Below are positions 9,044 through 18,068 of a stretch of DNA of 20,109 nucleotides, piece after piece. The notes beneath the pieces were generated by a model. That model worked only from the letters and a program-made list of their open reading frames with translations, was not told the DNA's origin and searched no databases. This DNA is from Campylobacterota bacterium (GTDB taxonomy: Bacteria; Campylobacterota; Campylobacteria; Campylobacterales; Arcobacteraceae). The DNA lies in contig JBNJFB010000044.1 in the NCBI GenBank assembly GCA_051746405.1, forward strand, positions 1 to 20,109. The letters run 5' to 3'. The translations under genes and the position numbers were made by a program. Every line of letters starts with the position of its first letter. The stretch's first letter is position 1.

Positions 9044-11044
9044 ATGAATAACATGACATTAGGAAAAAAGATTACATTTGGTTTTAGTATTATTATACTA
9101 ATTGTAATTATTTTAGGGACAATAGGTGTAGTAAATATGAATAATGCTACTAAAAACTCACAAAAGCTAGCAAATCAATATGCCCCTGAAGTGGATATTG
9201 TAAACAGTTTTGAAAGGACATTTTTAAATATTAGAATGTCTATGTTGGGTTATATCTATACAGAATCGCAAGAGAATATTTTAAATGCAAAAAAAGATTT
9301 TGAGACTTTGTATAAAATATTAGAGGATGCAAAAAACCACTCAAAAGAGTATCCCCAACTAAATTTAGATAACAAAATCAAAGAAATAGAAAATGCTATA
9401 ACTAACTACTACAAAACAATGGAAGCTTTAGAAAAAGTTTTCAACAATAAAGAAAGCACAAGAAAAGTTTTAGATAAATCAGCTATAACTTATATGGAGT
9501 CTGCCTTTGAGTTTTTAGAAGGTCAAAATAAAAGTATGATAAATGATTTTCAAAATAATAAATCAAACCAAGAGTTACAAGAGAGGCTAAGAAAGATTAC
9601 TTATATTAATGATTTAATTGATATGGGAAATGCACTTAGAACAGCAAACTTTGAATCAGCTGCACATAGGGATATAGAAGAGCTTCAAGAAGCGATAAAA
9701 GATTTTGAAATTAATTTTCCAAATAAATTATCACAAATTAGAGAAATCACATATCTTAAAGATGATTTAACAGAATTAAACCATATAGAACAAGCAGGTT
9801 TTTCTTATCTTGATGGATTGAAAAATTTTGTACAAATTGATAAAAGAGTTCAAGATAATCTATCTTTATTTACAGAGCATGGAGCTGTTGCCCTTAAAGA
9901 TGCAGAACAAATGGCAGTTTCTGCAGTAAATGGGACAAGAAATCTTTCAACCTCTTCTATGAATAGTTTACAAACTGCATCAAATGTTATGATTATTGGA
10001 TTAATTATAGCTGTGATATTAAGTATTGTTATTGCAGTATTCTTAATAAGAAGTATTACAAGACCAGTTATTGCATCAGTTGAAACAATATATGAAGCAA
10101 ACTCTCAAGTACTAACAGCATCTGAAGAGATATCATCAGCTGCTCAAAACCTTGCAGATGGTGCAACACAACAAGCATCAAGTGTTGAAGAGATTAGTGC
10201 AACTATAGAGGAATCAACAGCTAGTATTACACAATCAAGTGAAAGTGCTAATGAAGCAAATAATCTTTCTGATAGTGCTAATGAAGCAGCTAAAAATGGA
10301 AATAGAAAGATTCAAGAGCTTATTAATGCTATGGAAAAAATCTCATCATCAAGTGAAGAGATTTCAAAAATCATTAAAACAATTGATGAGATTGCATTCC
10401 AGACTAATCTTCTTGCATTAAATGCAGCAGTTGAAGCAGCACGCGCTGGTGAACATGGACTTGGATTTGCTGTTGTTGCAGATGAAGTTAGAAATCTTGC
10501 GGGAAGATCAGCAGATGCTGCTAAAGAGACAACAAATATTATTGAAAGCTCTATTGCACAAGTGAAAGAAGGTAATGTAATTGCAAATGAAACAAATGAA
10601 GCATTCCAAGAGATTTTAGATAAAGCGAAGAAAACATCTGATTTAATATCTGAAATTGCATCATCAACTGCTGAACAATCAGAGGGAATGAACCAAATTG
10701 CAACGGCTATGAGTGATGTGGATGAAATAACACAAAGAAATGCAGGTGTAAGTGAAGAGTCAGCTGCTTCATCTGAAGAGCTAAATGCACAAGCTAATAG
10801 TATGATGAGTTCAGTTGAAGAGATTGCTAAAATTGTTGGAATTAATATAAACTCAAACTCATCTCATAAGCAATTCAAAAAATATAACTCAAATAGTGAG
10901 TCTTATAAAAACAATGAAAATAGCAACAGCAATGGCAATAGCAACAATAGTAATAAAAATAGTAGCAAGAATAAAAGCAGTAGTAAATCAAATGATCCAG
11001 AAAAAATAATGCCATTAAATGAAGATGATATTAAGGAATTTTAA
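9044..11044 (+). CDS. Methyl-accepting chemotaxis protein (2 TM, large helical periplasmic domain, N/S-rich tail ending DIKEF)
   Basis: Two hydrophobic segments, signalling tip [37 protein letters not shown], methylation-helix EE/QQ pairs and RBS AAGGGG. Confidence 0.97.
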   Translation: MNNMTLGKKITFGFSIIILIVIILGTIGVVNMNNATKNSQKLANQYAPEVDIVNSFERTFLNIRMSMLGYIYTESQENILNAKKDFETLYKILEDAKNHSKEYPQLNLDNKIKEIENAITNYYKTMEALEKVFNNKESTRKVLDKSAITYMESAFEFLEGQNKSMINDFQNNKSNQELQERLRKITYINDLIDMGNALRTANFESAAHRDIEELQEAIKDFEINFPNKLSQIREITYLKDDLTELNHIEQAGFSYLDGLKNFVQIDKRVQDNLSLFTEHGAVALKDAEQMAVSAVNGTRNLSTSSMNSLQTASNVMIIGLIIAVILSIVIAVFLIRSITRPVIASVETIYEANSQVLTASEEISSAAQNLADGATQQASSVEEISATIEESTASITQSSESANEANNLSDSANEAAKNGNRKIQELINAMEKISSSSEEISKIIKTIDEIAFQTNLLALNAAVEAARAGEHGLGFAVVADEVRNLAGRSADAAKETTNIIESSIAQVKEGNVIANETNEAFQEILDKAKKTSDLISEIASSTAEQSEGMNQIATAMSDVDEITQRNAGVSEESAASSEELNAQANSMMSSVEEIAKIVGININSNSSHKQFKKYNSNSESYKNNENSNSNGNSNNSNKNSSKNKSSSKSNDPEKIMPLNEDDIKEF

Positions 11045-11055
11045 AGGAGCCTCAA

Positions 11056-11574
11056 GTGAGTTTAAAAGATAATAGTGAAGAGAATACAAAACTAGACAGA
11101 CTAGGTGGTCACCTTGAAAAATATTTGACTTTTATTGTAGATGAAGAGATTTATGGATTAGAGATTTTAAAAGTTAGAGAGATTGTAGCAATGCTACATA
11201 TCTCTAAAGTACCATTAGTTCCAAACTATGTAAAAGGAGTAATCAACCTTAGAGGAAAAGTTATTCCTGTTATTGATATTAGACTAAAATTTAATATGAC
11301 AGATATTGAGTATGATGAACATACTACAATTATTATTGTTGATGTTGATGATATATCTATAGGCTTTATTGTAGATAAAACATCAGAAGTAGTAAAAATA
11401 GATAAATCAAACCTAATGCCTCCTCCAAAGTTTGGAACAGGAATTGATACTTCTTTTTTAAAATCTATGGCAAAAACTGAAAATAATATAATTATGATAG
11501 TTGATTTAGAAAAACTTTTTAGTAGTGAAGAGTTAAGCTCTTTAGCAACACATCATCAACCAAGCAGTGACTAA
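11056..11574 (+). CDS. cheW: Chemotaxis coupling protein CheW
   Basis: YLTF..YGLEILKVREI and VKGVINLRGKVIPVID. GTG start with AAGGAG RBS. Confidence 0.95.
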   Translation: MSLKDNSEENTKLDRLGGHLEKYLTFIVDEEIYGLEILKVREIVAMLHISKVPLVPNYVKGVINLRGKVIPVIDIRLKFNMTDIEYDEHTTIIIVDVDDISIGFIVDKTSEVVKIDKSNLMPPPKFGTGIDTSFLKSMAKTENNIIMIVDLEKLFSSEELSSLATHHQPSSD

Positions 11575-11588
11575 GGGGATATGTAAAT

Positions 11589-11864
11589 ATGTTAGAAAAT
11601 AATGGAGTGTTTAAAATAGATGCAAGTTGTCCACACCATAAGCTAGAAGAGATTCACAAAGAGATTCTAAATAATATTAATAATATAAAAGAGATTAATG
11701 TAATAGAAGATGATGCTTTAGAATCAGCGGGGCTATTATCTTTACTACAAACAATAAGAAAAAGTCATCCAGATATTGAAATACCACTTTTTAAAAATAA
11801 AAATTCAAAACTTTTAGGTCTTGGTAACTTTGTGATAGTAGATACAAATAGTAGTGAAGTTTAG
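11589..11864 (+). CDS. Small protein, degenerate STAS-like
   Basis: 91 aa, in-operon between cheW and cheA, with AAGGGGA RBS. LESAGLLSLL resembles the STAS D-S/T-AGL motif. Confidence 0.6.
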   Translation: MLENNGVFKIDASCPHHKLEEIHKEILNNINNIKEINVIEDDALESAGLLSLLQTIRKSHPDIEIPLFKNKNSKLLGLGNFVIVDTNSSEV

Positions 11865-11901
11865 GTTAATATAATGTCTGTTTATGAGAAAAAGGTTTAC
11901 T

Positions 11902-14022
11902 ATGGATAAAAAAGAGAGATTACTTCAAGTCTTTACAGAAGAAGCAAATGAGATAATAGAAGAGTTAGATAGATTAGTAATGCAATTAGAAGAAGGTGAT
12001 ACATCTTTAGTTAATGATATTTTTAGAGGTGTACACACGCTAAAAGGTAGTGCAAACTCATTTGGATTTACACGACTTGGGGATTATGTTCACCATTGGG
12101 AAGATTTACTTGGAGTTTATAGGGATAATCCTGATTTACCAATTGAAAACAGTGTTGATCTATTTTATGATGCTATTAATGTTGTAAGAGAAGTTTTTGA
12201 TTATGAAATAAATGATATGGATGGTTATCCTCAAAACTATAATGAGACACTAGATGAAATAAAGAAAAAAATAAATAACTCAAATACTCAAGAAATCAAA
12301 AAAGACAATAATCAAAAAAGCAAAGAGGAGACTGAACCCCAATTTGATTTAACATATGAAATAGCACCTATTAATGAAAAAGAGTTAAAAGGTTTTGATG
12401 AAGATGAGCATAATAAAGTAGTATCATCAGTAAATAGTGGTAATAATTTTTATAATATTATTCTTAAATTCGATGATGATCTATATTTTAGGGGTCATAA
12501 TCAACAGGTTTCAATTAAATTATTAGATGAGATTGGTGATATAGTAAAATCATATTGGTACTTTAATAATCTTGATACATTAGAAGAGTATAATAATGAG
12601 TTTAACTATATTAAACATATATCTTTATATCTACTAACAGATTTAACACACCCAGAAGTAGAAGAGATTTTTGAGTTTACAGCTGATGATAATGAAATAG
12701 AAATCAAGCAGCTTTCACTACAAGAGTTAAAAACTTTTCAAGAAGAAAAAAGTGATACTAATAATACTAATGAATCTAGTGAACTTAATCAACAAGCAAA
12801 AAAAGAAGAAAAAAGTAAGCCAGTTGCGAATAAAGATGTAAAACAACCAATGAAATCACTATCATATATCCGTATAGAATCAGGGAAAATTGATGAACTA
12901 TTTGATAGTGTAGGTGAACTTGTGATTGCACAAAGTTACATTGAGAACTCAGAAGTAGTTCAAAACTCTGAAAATGTTGCACTAAAAAAGAACCTTAATG
13001 CCCTATCAAAATCTACAAAAACAATTCAAGATCAAGTAATGAACTTAAGAATGGTAGCTATTAAAGATACATTTTTCAAAATGAAAAGAATTGCTCGTGA
13101 TGTATCTAAAAAAACTGGTAAAGATTTTAATTTCATAACAAAGGGTGAAGATACAGAGATTGATAAAACAATGGTTGATGCCCTATCAGATCCATTAATA
13201 CACCTAATAAGAAATGCAATTGACCATGGTCTTGAGAGTAATGAAGAGAGAAAAAACCAAAATAAACCTAAAGGTACAGTAAGTCTTGAAGCCTATCACA
13301 GAGGTGAGAATATTGTTATTGAAATAAAAGATGATGGTAAAGGTATAAATAGTGATACAATTTTACAAAAAGCAATAAATAAAGGTCTTGTTGATGAACA
13401 TAATAGTTTATCTGAATCTGAGATTATAAACTTTATTTTCCACCCTGGTTTTTCAATGGCAAAACAAATAAGTGATGTATCAGGTCGAGGTGTTGGCCTT
13501 GATGTTGTAAAAACATCAATTGACAAACTTAAAGGGAAAATAGATATAACAACAAAAGAAGGTGAGGGAAGCTCTTTTAAAATTATTTTACCCTTAACAT
13601 TAGCAATAATAGATGGAATGATAGTTTCAATAAATGATGAAACATTTATCATACCAACACTAAGTGTTGTGGAGTCATTTTCTCCAAATATGGACAATAT
13701 AAGCTCTGTTCAGCATAAAGAAGAGTTTATAAACTTCAGAGGTGATGTTTTACCAATTGTTCACCTAAATAGACTTTTAAAACTTGAGGGTGAAGAGCTT
13801 GATGATGAAGAGTCTGTATTTATATGTATTGAACATGAAAGAGGAAGATTTGTATTAAGAGTTGATTCTCTTTTAGGAAGACAACAAGTAGTTGTTAAAT
13901 CTATGGGTAAATTTCTAGACTTTGTCAAAGAGATAATAGGAGGAGCGATTTTAGGTGATGGTAAAATTGCTTTAATATTAAATGTGGAAGAGATTAGAGA
14001 TAAACTAGATGAACAGTTATAA
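11902..14022 (+). CDS. cheA: Chemotaxis histidine kinase CheA (no C-terminal REC domain)
   Basis: Hpt FRGVHTLKGSA, dimerisation VGELVI, HATPase HLIRNAIDHGLE, DDGKG and SGRGVGLDVV, and a C-terminal CheW-like domain. Start moved from 11884 to ATG 11902 because AAAGG lies at 11891-11895. Confidence 0.97.
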   Translation: MDKKERLLQVFTEEANEIIEELDRLVMQLEEGDTSLVNDIFRGVHTLKGSANSFGFTRLGDYVHHWEDLLGVYRDNPDLPIENSVDLFYDAINVVREVFDYEINDMDGYPQNYNETLDEIKKKINNSNTQEIKKDNNQKSKEETEPQFDLTYEIAPINEKELKGFDEDEHNKVVSSVNSGNNFYNIILKFDDDLYFRGHNQQVSIKLLDEIGDIVKSYWYFNNLDTLEEYNNEFNYIKHISLYLLTDLTHPEVEEIFEFTADDNEIEIKQLSLQELKTFQEEKSDTNNTNESSELNQQAKKEEKSKPVANKDVKQPMKSLSYIRIESGKIDELFDSVGELVIAQSYIENSEVVQNSENVALKKNLNALSKSTKTIQDQVMNLRMVAIKDTFFKMKRIARDVSKKTGKDFNFITKGEDTEIDKTMVDALSDPLIHLIRNAIDHGLESNEERKNQNKPKGTVSLEAYHRGENIVIEIKDDGKGINSDTILQKAINKGLVDEHNSLSESEIINFIFHPGFSMAKQISDVSGRGVGLDVVKTSIDKLKGKIDITTKEGEGSSFKIILPLTLAIIDGMIVSINDETFIIPTLSVVESFSPNMDNISSVQHKEEFINFRGDVLPIVHLNRLLKLEGEELDDEESVFICIEHERGRFVLRVDSLLGRQQVVVKSMGKFLDFVKEIIGGAILGDGKIALILNVEEIRDKLDEQL

Positions 14023-14035
14023 TAAGTAATATAAT

Positions 14036-14845
14036 ATGAATAATGAACTATCACAAAGAGATTTTAAGCTTTTAAAAGATTATATTTATAGTAAGACAGG
14101 GATAAATTTAAAAGAAGAGAAAATATCTCTTTTAAAATCTCGTCTTAATAAACGTTTAAGAGCTTTAAATATTAATAGCTTTAAAAAATATTATGACTAT
14201 TTAGTAGATAGTGAAGATGAATATACAAATTTTGTAAATGCTGTTTCCACAAATGTAACATCTTTTTTTAGAGAAGAGATTCAATGGAATTTTTTAGAAA
14301 AAGAGATTGGAAATATTATTGCAAGAACACAAGGAAAACTTCGTATATGGTCAGCAGCAAGCTCAACAGGTGAAGAGGCTTACTCTGTTGGAATTTTTTT
14401 AAAAGATAACTTAAAAAATTTAAATAATTATGATATAAAGATATTAGCCACTGATATTTCCCACGATGCACTAACAAAAGCAAAGCTTGGGATTTATCAA
14501 GAAAAAGCAATCCAAAATCTAAAAAGATATCAAGTCTCAAATAACTTTTCTCGTATTGGAAAAACAAACCAATATATTATCAACAAAGATTTGAAAGATT
14601 TAGTTATGTTTAGGGAGTTTAATTTAGTATATGGAGACTATAATATTTTTGGCGAGAAAAAATTTGATATAATTTTTTGTAGAAATGTTATAATATACTT
14701 TGATAACAAAACAAAGATAGAGATAATAAACAATTTAATAAAGAAATTAAAAAAAGGTGGATATTTTTTTCTAGGTCATTCAGAAAGCTTAATGAGCCAA
14801 AAAGGTTTAAAGTATATAATGCCATCAATTTATCAAAAACTATAA
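14036..14845 (+). CDS. cheR: Chemotaxis methyltransferase CheR
   Basis: TNVTSFFRE, RIWSAASSTGEEAYS, ATDIS, FDIIFCRNVIIYF and LGHSESL. Confidence 0.97.
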   Translation: MNNELSQRDFKLLKDYIYSKTGINLKEEKISLLKSRLNKRLRALNINSFKKYYDYLVDSEDEYTNFVNAVSTNVTSFFREEIQWNFLEKEIGNIIARTQGKLRIWSAASSTGEEAYSVGIFLKDNLKNLNNYDIKILATDISHDALTKAKLGIYQEKAIQNLKRYQVSNNFSRIGKTNQYIINKDLKDLVMFREFNLVYGDYNIFGEKKFDIIFCRNVIIYFDNKTKIEIINNLIKKLKKGGYFFLGHSESLMSQKGLKYIMPSIYQKL

Positions 14846-14857
14846 AAGAGAATTAAA

Positions 14858-15907
14858 ATGCCAATAAAAGTATTAATCGTTGATGATAGTGCAACAGCTA
14901 GGGAGATTATAAAAACTATTTTATCCAAAGACAAAGAGATAAAAGTTGTAGGAGCTGCAGCTGATGCTTTTGCTGCAAGGGATATGATTATAAAACTTTG
15001 CCCAGATGTGATATGTTTAGATGTTGAAATGCCAAGAATGGATGGTATTACATTCTTACAAAAAATCATGACCTACTTGCCAACACCTGTAATAATGGTC
15101 TCTTCATTAACTCAAAAAGGTGCACAAACAACTCTTGATGCATTGTCATTTGGAGCTTTTGATTATGTGGCAAAAGGTCACTCTAATATTTATGATAAAA
15201 TAGATGATATTGAAAAAGAGCTTATTACAAAAGTGAAGCAAGCAAGCAAAACTAATATCAATTTACTTAAATCAAGAATAAAAAAATCACAAAACCCTTT
15301 AGCTAAAAAAGTATATACCTTAAAAGAGACAACAAAAAAGATTGTTCTAATTGGTGCTTCAACAGGTGGAACTGTTGCTTTACAAGAGCTTCTAACAAAG
15401 CTACCAAAAAACTTCCCTGGAGTTGTTATAGTACAACATATGCCTGACTCCTTTACAGCTAAATTTGCAGAAAGACTAAATAAAATGTGTTTAGTAAATG
15501 TAAAAGAAGCAAAAGATTCAGAGATGATTCAAATGGGAAAAGTACTCATAGCAAACGGCTCTTACCATTTGAAACTATTACAAAAAGGTGCTAATTACTA
15601 CGTAAAGTATGATGATAGCAATAAAGTTAGCGGTCATAAACCATCTGTAGATGTACTATTTCATTCAGCTGCAAAAGTAGCAGGTGCAAATGCTATAGGA
15701 ATTCTTTTGACAGGTATGGGAAGAGATGGTGCACAAGGAATGCTTGCTATGAGAAAAGCGGGTGCAAAAACAATAGCCCAAGATGAAAAAACCTGTGTTG
15801 TATATGGAATGCCAAAAGTTGCAATAGAGTTAGGTGGGGCAGATTTTATTGAACCACTAGATAAAATAGGCGAAAAGACAATATCAATTTTAAAGCAGCA
15901 AGGATAA
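14858..15907 (+). CDS. cheB: Chemotaxis response regulator methylesterase CheB
   Basis: N-terminal REC, then GASTGG, VQHMP, HKPSVD and LLTGMGRDG catalytic motifs. Confidence 0.97.
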   Translation: MPIKVLIVDDSATAREIIKTILSKDKEIKVVGAAADAFAARDMIIKLCPDVICLDVEMPRMDGITFLQKIMTYLPTPVIMVSSLTQKGAQTTLDALSFGAFDYVAKGHSNIYDKIDDIEKELITKVKQASKTNINLLKSRIKKSQNPLAKKVYTLKETTKKIVLIGASTGGTVALQELLTKLPKNFPGVVIVQHMPDSFTAKFAERLNKMCLVNVKEAKDSEMIQMGKVLIANGSYHLKLLQKGANYYVKYDDSNKVSGHKPSVDVLFHSAAKVAGANAIGILLTGMGRDGAQGMLAMRKAGAKTIAQDEKTCVVYGMPKVAIELGGADFIEPLDKIGEKTISILKQQG

Positions 15908-15912
15908 TATAG

Positions 15913-16788
15913 ATGAATTTAGACAAAATTGAAAATAGCGTTTTAATTAAAGAGATAGAGAAACGTTTTGAACAAAGGGATCATACAATATACGAACTTC
16001 AAGTTGTTATGAAAAAAATGGAAGAGATGAATAAAAAACTTCTTAATGCAGAAGATAATCGAAGTAAATTTATATCAATCATAAGAAATGAGTTTAATAA
16101 TCCATTAGCAAGTATGCTAACTTTGTCTAAAAAACTTGTAAGCAAAAAAGAGAATATTGATATTGAATTAATTGGAAATAATATCTATAAAGATGTGTTA
16201 AATTTAAACTTTCAAATTGCAAATATTATTAATGTAGCTGAAATCGAAGCTGGAACTTTGCAAAAAGAGATATCTTTAGTCAATTTTGATGATGTAATAG
16301 ATGATATAAAAGATGCTTTACAATATATTATTTCAGAAAAAAATATTAAATTAGATATTACAACTTCATTAGATGATGAACCAATTTATCAAGACCAAAG
16401 TAAGATTTACGCTATTTTAGTAAATTTAGTATCTAATGCAGTTAATTTCTCACCTAAAGATTCTACAGTAGAACTTGATATTACACAAGATGAAGATTAT
16501 GTAAGATTTATAGTAAAAGATTATGGTGAGGGAATTAGCCAAGAAAATAGAAAGATAATATTTGAAAGATTTCGTCAAGCTCACTCAGGTATGAATAGAA
16601 CACATATGGGGCAAGGTCTAGGAATGGGAGTAATAAGAGATTTTATTGAGTTTTTAAAGGGTGAATATGAACTTGAATCAACGGTTAATAAATCTACCAC
16701 ATTTAAATTTTGTTTACCAAAAGAGACAGATGAGGAAAATATGTTTATGGATGATGATTTATTTTTTGATGAAGGTGAAGAGTTTTAG
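15913..16788 (+). CDS. Cytoplasmic HisKA-HATPase protein lacking the phospho-acceptor His (pseudokinase)
   Basis: The H-box region reads SIIRNEFNNPL. N box NLVSNAVNF, G1 DYGEGI, F box IFERF and G2 GQGLGM are intact. No TM or sensor domain. Confidence 0.88.
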   Translation: MNLDKIENSVLIKEIEKRFEQRDHTIYELQVVMKKMEEMNKKLLNAEDNRSKFISIIRNEFNNPLASMLTLSKKLVSKKENIDIELIGNNIYKDVLNLNFQIANIINVAEIEAGTLQKEISLVNFDDVIDDIKDALQYIISEKNIKLDITTSLDDEPIYQDQSKIYAILVNLVSNAVNFSPKDSTVELDITQDEDYVRFIVKDYGEGISQENRKIIFERFRQAHSGMNRTHMGQGLGMGVIRDFIEFLKGEYELESTVNKSTTFKFCLPKETDEENMFMDDDLFFDEGEEF

Positions 16789-16796
16789 GTTGAATT

Positions 16797-17264
16797 ATGA
16801 CATTTGAAAGAAAATTTATCCACGCTTCACAAATTTATGTAGCTACAGAACCAACAGAAATACATACTGTATTAGGTTCATGTGTTGCTGTATGTTTAGT
16901 TGATTCTACAACATACACAGCTGGCATGAATCACTATTTGCTACCATTATGGAATAGTGATGGTATTCCTAGTCCAAAATTTGGAAATATCAGTATTGTG
17001 AAGCTTATTGAAGCAATGGAAGAAGCTGGATGTAACCGTCGTAATATAAAAGCTAAAATATTTGGAGGGGCAAGTCCTAGCAACCTAAAAACCAATAAAC
17101 AAATTGGAGATAGAAATATTGATATTGCAATTGATATCCTAAAAGATTATAGAATTCCAATAGTTGCAAAAGATGTTGGAGGAAATAGAAGTAGAAAGAT
17201 TGTCTTAAATAGTGTAAGTGGGAAAATAATGCTAAGATACCCAAGCAGTAAAGAGAGAGAATAA
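16797..17264 (+). CDS. cheD: Chemoreceptor glutamine deamidase CheD
   Basis: TVLGSCVAVCL, GMNHYLLP, AKIFGGA, IGDRN and DVGG. Confidence 0.95.
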   Translation: MTFERKFIHASQIYVATEPTEIHTVLGSCVAVCLVDSTTYTAGMNHYLLPLWNSDGIPSPKFGNISIVKLIEAMEEAGCNRRNIKAKIFGGASPSNLKTNKQIGDRNIDIAIDILKDYRIPIVAKDVGGNRSRKIVLNSVSGKIMLRYPSSKERE

Positions 17265-18052
17265 TGGAAAATAGAAAAATAGTAGTTATTAACAATAAAG
17301 GAGGCGTGGGTAAAACCACCTCTGCTAATGAAATCTTTGCACCGTTTTTATCTTTTGTAAATGATATGAACCCAACTGTTGTCTATGAGTTTGATGAAGA
17401 GAATACACATGGAAAAATGTATACAAAAAGTGATTGTGTTCGCTTTTCAAGTCAAAAAACTACAGGACTAAAACTTGAAAATGCAATAACAGATATACTT
17501 CTAAATGAAGAGTCATGTGTAATCGATATTGGAGCAAATAAAAGTACCACATACTTTATTGATGCTTTAGAAAAAAGTGCTTTAGATGATATTATATCCT
17601 TAGTGGCTATTCCTTTAAGTGATGGTGAACAAGATACACTAAATGCTAAAAATATATATCGTAAAATCAGGAAAATGAACAACACAATTCCCGTTTTATT
17701 TGTATTAAGTCGTCATACACCAACACGTGAACTTGAGTATCAATTTGATTACTTTTTTGAGGAACTCCTACCTATAATTGATGAAAAAGATCAAGAGTGG
17801 ATTGTCTTAAATGACTCCGATTGTGTTAAGTTTTCTAAAAGAGAAGGAAAAACTATCTTTGAACTTAGCTATGATAATATAGATTATAAAGAGATGATAA
17901 AAAAAGCAATTAAAAAGAATAAGTCCCAAGAAAAAATAAAGAAATTATCTCATAAACATAAAATGAATAAAGAGTTAAAAGATTATAGAAATGATATTTT
18001 AATTCCTGCATTTAATAAAATTAAAGAAATAATAAATAGAGATTTAGATTAA
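17264..18052 (+). CDS. ParA/MinD-superfamily P-loop ATPase
   Basis: Deviant Walker A NNKGGVGKTT and Walker B-like CVIDIG. The start overlaps the cheD stop (TAATG). Confidence 0.8.
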   Translation: MENRKIVVINNKGGVGKTTSANEIFAPFLSFVNDMNPTVVYEFDEENTHGKMYTKSDCVRFSSQKTTGLKLENAITDILLNEESCVIDIGANKSTTYFIDALEKSALDDIISLVAIPLSDGEQDTLNAKNIYRKIRKMNNTIPVLFVLSRHTPTRELEYQFDYFFEELLPIIDEKDQEWIVLNDSDCVKFSKREGKTIFELSYDNIDYKEMIKKAIKKNKSQEKIKKLSHKHKMNKELKDYRNDILIPAFNKIKEIINRDLD

Positions 18053-18068
18053 ATACATAGGTGGTAAG

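Noticed and set aside
10850..10990. AAT/AGC/AAC-rich stretch as a DNA repeat element
   Set aside because: Explained by the Asn/Ser low-complexity linker of the MCP. There is no regular repeat unit.
11884..11901. Longer cheA start (MRKRFT)
   Set aside because: The RBS-like AAAGG lies inside this extension and fits ATG 11902 better.
12785..17685. Short minus-strand ORFs inside cheA, cheR, cheB, cheD and the ATPase
   Set aside because: Antisense to well-supported genes, with no recognisable motifs.
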